Assembly (NCBI GenBank): GCA_964625535.1
Contig: CAZVEX010000001.1
Span: forward strand, 128,295 to 192,294
Length of the DNA stretch: 64,000 bases
Reading direction: 5' to 3'
Origin: an uncultured Gammaproteobacteria bacterium
GTDB lineage: Bacteria > Patescibacteriota > Microgenomatia > Daviesbacterales > UBA10151
The notes beneath the pieces are model-generated. The model saw only the letters and a list, made by a program, of their open reading frames with translations. It had not been told where the DNA came from and searched no databases. A program made the translations under genes and the position numbers. Shown here piece by piece: positions 57,923 to 64,000 of this stretch. Every line of letters begins with the position of its first letter. Position 1 is the first letter of the stretch.

Positions 57923-58635
57923 TTGAAAATTACTCTTCTTTGAATTTCAGTTAAGTTTTTAGCCTCATCTTCTGCCTTGATGGTTAAAATATTTTCACCC
58001 TCATTTAGAGGATAATCCAGCGAAAAAGTGCCGTCTGAGTTGATAATTGCCTGTATATCGTTGACGAAAACTTTGGCCTGCGCTTCGGTCTTGCCGGAAA
58101 CCTTGATTTTTTTGTCTCCCTGAACCTCTGTATTATCGCCGGGTTCGTAAATTTCCAAGGTTGGCTTTTCGCTGTCATAAAAAACTTTGATGGTTTTTGA
58201 GGGTAGGCTTTCCACATCTCCCTCTTTGGTTTTGCCAAAGATTAAGTTGCTCCCCAAATTTAAAGAAATATTTTTTAGCTCAAAGCTGCCATCATCCAGG
58301 CTTTGTGTCTCATTGGCTTCCCTTTCATCAACAAAGATTATCACCTGGCTTTTGGGAGTAGCATATCCCTTGATATTGATTTGGCCGGAGTTGGTTGCTT
58401 CATACGGGATATTTAAGACAGGAGGAGCCAGAGAAGTTTTGATGGATTTGGAGATGGGTGCAGAGTCCGGTTTGATAAAATTTATTACAAAAGAGAGCCC
58501 GTTAATAAAAGCAGGCAGTACCCAGGTTACAGTGGCGAAAATTAAAAGCAGAGAAAGAAACAGGGTAAATATAAATCTTCTTTTGGCTTTTTTAGACAGC
58601 CTTCTGGCCGATCTTAATTTATATCTTGCAGACAT
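57919..58635 (-). CDS. Membrane-anchored protein with two Ig-like domains
   Basis: Basic N-terminus, TM, and two repeats of I.G.....V.VN....DG.F....L..G.N.....A.D. Confidence 0.75.
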   Translation of the reverse strand: MSARYKLRSARRLSKKAKRRFIFTLFLSLLLIFATVTWVLPAFINGLSFVINFIKPDSAPISKSIKTSLAPPVLNIPYEATNSGQINIKGYATPKSQVIIFVDEREANETQSLDDGSFELKNISLNLGSNLIFGKTKEGDVESLPSKTIKVFYDSEKPTLEIYEPGDNTEVQGDKKIKVSGKTEAQAKVFVNDIQAIINSDGTFSLDYPLNEGENILTIKAEDEAKNLTEIQRRVIFK

Positions 58636-58685
58636 GTGTGAGGTAATTTTATCTTATCATAATCTCTGGTAAAATAGCAGCTGTT

Positions 58686-58756
58686 GCGGGTATAGTTGAG
58701 CGGTCCAACGTCACCTTCCCAAGGTGAAGACAGGGGTTCAACTCCCCTTACCCGCT
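58686..58756 (+). tRNA. tRNA-Gly(CCC)
   Basis: GCGGGTA/TACCCGC acceptor, TCACC-TTCCCAA-GGTGA anticodon arm, U73 discriminator. Confidence 0.95.
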
Positions 58757-58758
58757 CT

Positions 58759-58833
58759 GCCGGCCTAGCTCAATGGTAGAGCACTACTTTCGTAAAGTAG
58801 GAGTTGAGAGTTCGATTCTCTCGGCCGGCTCCA
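58759..58833 (+). tRNA. tRNA-Thr(CGT)
   Basis: GCCGGCC/GGCCGGC acceptor, CTACT-TTCGTAA-AGTAG anticodon arm, TTCGATT T-loop, encoded CCA. Confidence 0.95.
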
Positions 58834-58834
58834 T

Positions 58835-60622
58835 CTATTTACCAGCTTCCACCAGCCCCTGCCTGGCTATTTGATTGCTTGGATCAAGATTTAAAGCCTG
58901 CTCAAAAGCTTGCTTAGCCTGTTGTTTCTCCCCTAGAGTGAGATACAAAATGCCCAAATTGTTCCACAGATTGGGAATTTTGGGAGCAACGGAAAGAGCT
59001 TTTTGAATGTTTTCAATGGCCAGCTCGAACTTTGCTTTATCATAATAAATAGCGGCCGTATTTTGGTATGATTGCCAAAGATTAGGGTTAAACCGAGTGG
59101 CCATCTGGTAATTTTCCAATGCTTTATCAAGCTCTCCAATTTCCCGGTAGGTATTGGCCAGATTGTGATAAGCGTCGCCGTAATCGGGTTTTAGGGCAAT
59201 GGCTGTTTGGAATTCCTGCAAGGCTTTTTGTTTATCCCCTCTTCTTCCATAAACATCCCCAAGATTATTGTGATTATTGGGAGAAGACGGCGAAGTTTTA
59301 CCTGCCGCTATCCACAAATTATCTTCATTTTTCCAGTCAATGTTTCGCAGGATTGTTCTGGCGGATAAGGCGGCCAGCATCACGGCAAACAGCAGAATAA
59401 TCGCCCATTTGTATTTTTTGAATTTGAGAAGTCCAATGGCGACAAGAGCAAAAATCCCCAAAGAGGGTAAATAAAGATATCTTTCAGCCACAATCCAGTT
59501 CCATCTAAAGGGATTTAAAGTTGGGGAGAGGGCCAGGATAAAAAAGCAAAGCCAGAAAAAGACAGATCGCTCTTTTCTTAAAAAGATAAAAATGGAGGCA
59601 AAAAATGCCAGGGTAACTAAAGCTCTTACAGCTAGCTGGAAAACACCAAACGCCAGCTCCGAATGGTAAAGGGTTAAAACCGCCGGCCAGAAGATCAGCT
59701 CAAAATAGGAGGAGATGGCAATTGGAACAACCAGAAATATATTGTCGGTGCCTTTTTCCTGATAGTGAACGGATTGCAAGGTGGTAGTGCGCTCGGGCAA
59801 AGCTCCCAGATTAATAAACACATAAGCAATAGAAAGAGCAAGGTAAGGAATAGCTTTTAGCCAATTTTTCTTGATATTCCCAAAAACGAATTCATAAAGA
59901 GGAAAGACCAAAAATAAAGCAAGTGGCATGACAGGATGGGACATAAAGCTAAAAGAAAATACCACTACCGAAAGCCAGTAAAACCAGGTTTTGCGTTTGG
60001 CCAGAATATATAGAATAAAAGCAAGCAGGAAAAAGAATGTATACTGCGGGTATGTTCCGCCGGAAATCCAAACTACTGCTTCGGAGATGGCCGGATGGAC
60101 GGCAAAAATGGCCGCTACAATAAACCCCAATTTTCTTGAAGAATAGAGCAAATTAAATAAAATATAAATCAAAAATACGTTTCCGGAATGAAAGAAAACA
60201 TTGATCAGCCTGAAAAAGATAGGTGTTAGGCCGCCTATTTGATATGCCATCCAGTTGAGGATCAGCCGGATAAAGCCGAAAGGGTGGGTGAAGATGTAGC
60301 TAAACCGTCCCACATCGGGATTTTTGGCTATTTCCGCTATATCATCGGAGAGAAATGCGTTATTTAGGGAGTTGGCATAAGTTGCTATAATAAGAAAAAT
60401 CAGGAGGAGAATCGGGATCCGGTGGTTTTTGAACCAGTCATTTGACTTACTTTCAGGGAGTGGTTTGTTGATAAAATTTTGTATTTTCTCCTCTCCCCAG
60501 CGTTTTTTTAGGTAATCAATAACTTCTTTTTCGTCTGCCTTGATTTGTTGAGCAATCGCAGAGAGGCTTTCTTTTCTAATATTTTTCCTGATGTAATTTT
60601 TTTGGTTGTGCGCAAGCGGCAT
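58835..60622 (-). CDS. TMTC-like GT-C glycosyltransferase with C-terminal TPR repeats
   Basis: F.SDD, FAVHP..SEAV.WISG, VAERYLYLPS, W.N...LW, then about 4 TPRs (HNNLG.VY...). ATG 60622 is preferred over 60640. Confidence 0.85.
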   Translation of the reverse strand: MPLAHNQKNYIRKNIRKESLSAIAQQIKADEKEVIDYLKKRWGEEKIQNFINKPLPESKSNDWFKNHRIPILLLIFLIIATYANSLNNAFLSDDIAEIAKNPDVGRFSYIFTHPFGFIRLILNWMAYQIGGLTPIFFRLINVFFHSGNVFLIYILFNLLYSSRKLGFIVAAIFAVHPAISEAVVWISGGTYPQYTFFFLLAFILYILAKRKTWFYWLSVVVFSFSFMSHPVMPLALFLVFPLYEFVFGNIKKNWLKAIPYLALSIAYVFINLGALPERTTTLQSVHYQEKGTDNIFLVVPIAISSYFELIFWPAVLTLYHSELAFGVFQLAVRALVTLAFFASIFIFLRKERSVFFWLCFFILALSPTLNPFRWNWIVAERYLYLPSLGIFALVAIGLLKFKKYKWAIILLFAVMLAALSARTILRNIDWKNEDNLWIAAGKTSPSSPNNHNNLGDVYGRRGDKQKALQEFQTAIALKPDYGDAYHNLANTYREIGELDKALENYQMATRFNPNLWQSYQNTAAIYYDKAKFELAIENIQKALSVAPKIPNLWNNLGILYLTLGEKQQAKQAFEQALNLDPSNQIARQGLVEAGK

Positions 60623-60651
60623 GCTTTTATGATAGCACAAACAAAGATTGG

Positions 60652-61266
60652 TTAGCGGGGGATTTTTAAGACTTGGCCGGGTAAAATCAGATCGGGATTT
60701 TGGATGTCATTGGCAGCTGCCAGTTTGGGATAGGCCATAATGTCGCCGTAAGCTCTGGCGGCAATAGTGGAGAGCCAGTCGCCTTCAACCACAGTGTAGC
60801 TATCGCCTTCAATTCTTGGCCCCCAAATGGTGGTATTTCCACCCCCTGTTCCTTCTCCAACTTCTGCTACCACTTCCAGTTTGGGAATTTGCAATACCTG
60901 GCCTACTTCTATGGCATTTTCATCAGTTAAGCGATTTTCCTTAACGATTTCGTTGTATTTGTAACCATCCTGATAATATTTCTCGGCAACAGTAAAAAGG
61001 GTGTCTCCCTCTTTGACCGTGTATTGACCGGGAAGATTTTCCGGAGTAACATCCGCTTCTTCCTTTGTGGTTTGTTGTGCAGGGCCTAAATCTTCTTTGC
61101 CCTTGTTAAAGTAATTAAAGATTAGCACTCCTGCCACCAAGATAATCAAAGCTCCCAGGACCATGCTCAATTTGGATTGGTTTGATTGGGTTTCCTGGTT
61201 TATTTTATTCCAGTAAGAGCCTTTGCTTGCTTGCTCCGGTTTTATTTCAGAAGATTTCTTTGCCAT
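60652..61266 (-). CDS. Membrane-anchored protein with two LysM domains
   Basis: YTVKEGDTL..VA and YTVVEGD.LS.IA...NPDLI.PGQ.L.IP. Confidence 0.92.
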   Translation of the reverse strand: MAKKSSEIKPEQASKGSYWNKINQETQSNQSKLSMVLGALIILVAGVLIFNYFNKGKEDLGPAQQTTKEEADVTPENLPGQYTVKEGDTLFTVAEKYYQDGYKYNEIVKENRLTDENAIEVGQVLQIPKLEVVAEVGEGTGGGNTTIWGPRIEGDSYTVVEGDWLSTIAARAYGDIMAYPKLAAANDIQNPDLILPGQVLKIPR

Positions 61267-61348
61267 TTGTTTAAGGGGCAGTTTGACTTGAGCAGATTGT
61301 TCAATTGTTTTTTAAACCATTGCGCAATAATTGTCAAGAGGGTAAATG

Positions 61349-61421
61349 CGGGGCCGACGGGAATCGAACCCGCTATCTTCTCCGTGACAGGGAGACGTGA
61401 TGACCGGTTCACTACGGCCCC
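61349..61421 (-). tRNA. tRNA-Asp(GTC)
   Basis: Minus strand: GGGGCCG/CGGCCCC acceptor, TCTCC-CTGTCAC-GGAGA anticodon arm, G73 discriminator. Confidence 0.95.
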
Positions 61422-61441
61422 AACTGTGATATATTAGCATC

Positions 61442-63154
61442 ATGGATCTCTCTAATCAACAGGTTGCCAAAATCTTGCGGGGAGTGGCTGCTGCCTATAC
61501 CATTAAAAAACAGGGCAACTTGTTTCAAATTAGAGCTTATGAGAATGCCGCGGATGCAGTTGAACATTCTACTTCCGAGATAAAAGATTTATGGGAAGAA
61601 GGAAAGCTTGATGAAATTCCCGGTTTGGGAGAAAAAATTAGGGGTTATTTGGAAGAGCTTTTTACCAAAGGTCAAGTTGCGCATTTTGAAGGTGTTAAGA
61701 AAGGGATTCCGGAGGCGGTTTTTGCTATGTTGGACATTCCGGGAGTTGGCCCAAAAACCGCCATGGAACTTGCCGGACTAGGTGTGGAAAGCCTGGATGA
61801 TTTGAGAAAAGGTATTAAATCGGGATCGCTGGCGCAAAAAGGTTTCTCTGCAAAAATCGGCCAAAAAATTATGACCGGGCTGGGCGAGTTAAGTCAACAG
61901 GGTAATAGGATGCTTTTGCCATATGCCGGCGCTCAAGCAGACAAAATATTGCAATATCTTAAAAAATCCAAAGATGTCTTGCAAGCTCATCCATTAGGGT
62001 CGCTCCGGAGAATGGTAGCAACAGTAGGTGATTTGGATTTTTCAGTGGCTTCAAAGAATCCCAAAGAAGCGGTTAATTATTTTTGTCAGATGCCGGGAGT
62101 TAAAAGAGTGGTTGATCAGGGTGAAAATAAGGCTACTGTGATTCTTTCAAGCGGAATACAGGTAGACCTTTTGGTTGGTAAACCGGATAGTTACGGGGCA
62201 CTCTTGCAGCATTTTACAGGCTCCAAAGCCCATAATATCCATCTTCGGCAACTTGCTCAAGACAGGGGTTTGTCTTTATCGGAAAAAATAAAGGTTAAGA
62301 CAGAAGAAGAATTTTATAAATTACTGGAGATGGATGTGCCTGCGCCGGAGATTAGAGAGGATACTGGAGAAATTGAGGTAGCTTTAAATCACAAGCTTCC
62401 GAAACTGGTGGAAATAAAGGAAATTCGTGGAGATTTGCATTTGCATTCCAATTATCCCATTAAAAATCCTTCGCACGGGCCGGGAGTTGATTCCATAGAA
62501 GACATGATTAAAAAAGCCGTAGACTTGGGATATGAATATGTGGGTATTTCCGACCATCCTCCTGGATTTACTGCTGTTAGTAAAGAAGAAATTATTAAAT
62601 GGGTTCAAAAGAGGACAAAATATATTCAATCTGTAATAAAGGATACAAAAAGTACTCGAGTACTAAATGGACTCGAAATTGATATTGTGGGTGATGGAAC
62701 TTTAAGCGTGCCTGATGAGGCTTTGGAAACTTTGGATTATTGCATTGCAGGTATCCATTCCGGCCACCGAGGCTCAAAAGATGAGATAACCAAAAGACTT
62801 ATGCAAGCTCTACAAAATCCTCATGTGGATATAATCTCCCATCCTTCCGGCAGATTGTTAAACGAGAGGGAGTCGAGCGAGGCGGATTGGGAAACAATTT
62901 TTAAGTATTGCGCTAAAATTGGCAAGCTTTTGGAAATAAACGGATATCCTAACCGGTTGGATTTAAGGGATGATTTGGTTCGGGAAGCCCTCAAATGTGG
63001 CGTGAAATTTGTGATCAATACCGACGCTCATGAGGTGTCGCAGATGGATAACATGAAGTTCGGGGTGTCAGTGGCACGCCGCGGCTGGGCAGAAAAAAAA
63101 GATATTGTGAACTCATGGGACTTTACAAAATTCGCCAAATGGTTTAATATTTAA
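61442..63154 (+). CDS. polX: DNA polymerase X with PHP domain
   Basis: RAY, IPGVGPK, GSLRR...VGDLD, QVDL, HFTGSK.HN, GDLHLHS, INTDAH. Confidence 0.95.
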   Translation: MDLSNQQVAKILRGVAAAYTIKKQGNLFQIRAYENAADAVEHSTSEIKDLWEEGKLDEIPGLGEKIRGYLEELFTKGQVAHFEGVKKGIPEAVFAMLDIPGVGPKTAMELAGLGVESLDDLRKGIKSGSLAQKGFSAKIGQKIMTGLGELSQQGNRMLLPYAGAQADKILQYLKKSKDVLQAHPLGSLRRMVATVGDLDFSVASKNPKEAVNYFCQMPGVKRVVDQGENKATVILSSGIQVDLLVGKPDSYGALLQHFTGSKAHNIHLRQLAQDRGLSLSEKIKVKTEEEFYKLLEMDVPAPEIREDTGEIEVALNHKLPKLVEIKEIRGDLHLHSNYPIKNPSHGPGVDSIEDMIKKAVDLGYEYVGISDHPPGFTAVSKEEIIKWVQKRTKYIQSVIKDTKSTRVLNGLEIDIVGDGTLSVPDEALETLDYCIAGIHSGHRGSKDEITKRLMQALQNPHVDIISHPSGRLLNERESSEADWETIFKYCAKIGKLLEINGYPNRLDLRDDLVREALKCGVKFVINTDAHEVSQMDNMKFGVSVARRGWAEKKDIVNSWDFTKFAKWFNI

Positions 63155-63156
63155 TC

Positions 63157-63705
63157 ATGATAACTTATATTCTGATTGGCGGAGTTGTTTTAATAGTTTT
63201 ATGGCTGCTGGTGACTTTTAATTCTTTAGTGTCTTTGCGCAACCGAGTCCGGGAGGCTTGGTCTCAAATTGATGTACAGCTCAAAAGAAGATCATCTTTA
63301 ATCCCTAACTTGGTGGAAGCGGTTAAGGGTTATGTAAAACACGAAAAAGGGGTACTGGAAGAGGTGACAAAAGCCCGAACTTCTTTAATGAATGCTAAAA
63401 ACCCACACGAAGCTGCAAGTGCGGATAATATGTTGACCGGAGCCTTAAAATCCTTGTTTGCAGTGGCAGAGAACTATCCCAATCTAAAAGCTTCGGAAAA
63501 TTTTAAAGCTTTGCAAGATGAGCTATCAGATACTGAAACCAAAGTGGCAGCCAGCAGGCAATTTTATAACACCAATGTGCTGGATCTAAACAATTCCCTG
63601 GAACAATTTCCTTCCAAAATGGTTGGCCAGTGGTTTAACTTCCAAAAAGAAGACTTTTTCAAAGCATCAGAAGAAGAGAAAAAAGATGTGGAGGTTAAGT
63701 TTTGA
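63157..63705 (+). CDS. lemA: LemA family protein
   Basis: [33 protein letters not shown]. Confidence 0.96.
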   Translation: MITYILIGGVVLIVLWLLVTFNSLVSLRNRVREAWSQIDVQLKRRSSLIPNLVEAVKGYVKHEKGVLEEVTKARTSLMNAKNPHEAASADNMLTGALKSLFAVAENYPNLKASENFKALQDELSDTETKVAASRQFYNTNVLDLNNSLEQFPSKMVGQWFNFQKEDFFKASEEEKKDVEVKF

Positions 63706-63706
63706 G

Positions 63707-64000
63707 GTGGGTGCTGAAAGAAAAGAAGGAAATTTTTTAACAAGAGCTCTGGGAATAGAAGCTTATCAAGAAATCAGGGATGCTGAACTTGGTGTAAGCT
63801 GGAGGAAGCCGTCTTTGGCTAATGCGAGAGTTTCTGGAGGGTTATCAGTTTTTCTTCATGTAGTGATTCCACTAAGTGAAACGTTTACAAGACAAGATGA
63901 AACTGTAACTAATTGGAGGTTATATGGGTCTATTGTAGCAGATTTAGCTTCAAATGTTACTGCTTATGCTCTGGCACACGTAGATATTCTGGCCGGGATC
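63707..64000 (+). CDS. 3'-truncated hypothetical protein (MGAERKEGNFLTRALGIE...)
   Basis: GTG at 63707, 1 nt after the lemA stop; frame stays open for 98 codons to the window end. Not in the supplied ORF track. Confidence 0.55.
   Translation, partial: MGAERKEGNFLTRALGIEAYQEIRDAELGVSWRKPSLANARVSGGLSVFLHVVIPLSETFTRQDETVTNWRLYGSIVADLASNVTAYALAHVDILAGI

Noticed and set aside
58187-58672. 161-aa plus-strand ORF and other 60-160 aa nested ORFs across the window
   Set aside because: They overlap well-supported genes on the opposite strand or in another frame and carry no motifs.
53719-58833. tRNA-anchored genomic island
   Set aside because: No duplicated tRNA 3' end or integrase was found by eye; kept only as a cassette observation.
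61186-61437. 83-aa plus-strand ORF
   Set aside because: Antisense to tRNA-Asp (GPTGIEPA is a typical tRNA shadow) and to the LysM gene start.
62260-62320. PolX apparently missing the 'EYG' thumb segment
   Set aside because: Catalytic Asp and PHP His motifs are intact; a small loop deletion cannot be interpreted without an alignment.
1-64000. CRISPR array, integrase/transposase, prophage, rRNA, alternative genetic code
   Set aside because: No repeat-spacer array or mobility motifs were seen. Genes are full length under code 11, with TGA used as a stop in many ATGA overlaps.

Overview
Gene-dense, AT-rich bacterial chromosome segment. Gene content and style suggest Patescibacteria/CPR, probably Microgenomates (inference). 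Layout: (i) ~1-30 kb, a very large surface-glycosylation locus with about nine GT-C-type membrane glycosyltransferases, three GT2, six GT4, a flippase, an O-antigen-ligase-like protein, a methyltransferase, an acetyltransferase, a priming sugar transferase and a DUF4012-like protein; (ii) recO-glyQS; (iii) a dcw cluster (mraZ to ftsZ) with truncated or divergent Mur enzymes and no murC, murD or ddl; (iv) ileS-rodA-rplU-rpmA-parB and lepB; (v) a second small glycan cassette between tRNA genes; (vi) a TMTC-like GT-C/TPR gene, a LysM protein, polX and lemA. Four tRNA genes are present (Val-CAC, Gly-CCC, Thr-CGT, Asp-GTC). No integrase, transposase, CRISPR array or rRNA was seen. Notable patterns: about 12 genes with a -10 hexamer 6-7 nt before the start codon (leaderless architecture; four hexamers contain the upstream stop codon and two are bidirectional), four in-frame heptamer microarrays in unrelated genes, a GC-rich palindrome inside ileS, a GxHH-type IleRS2, and four solitary orphan ORFs between housekeeping genes. 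All calls come from motif reading by eye; no database search was run.
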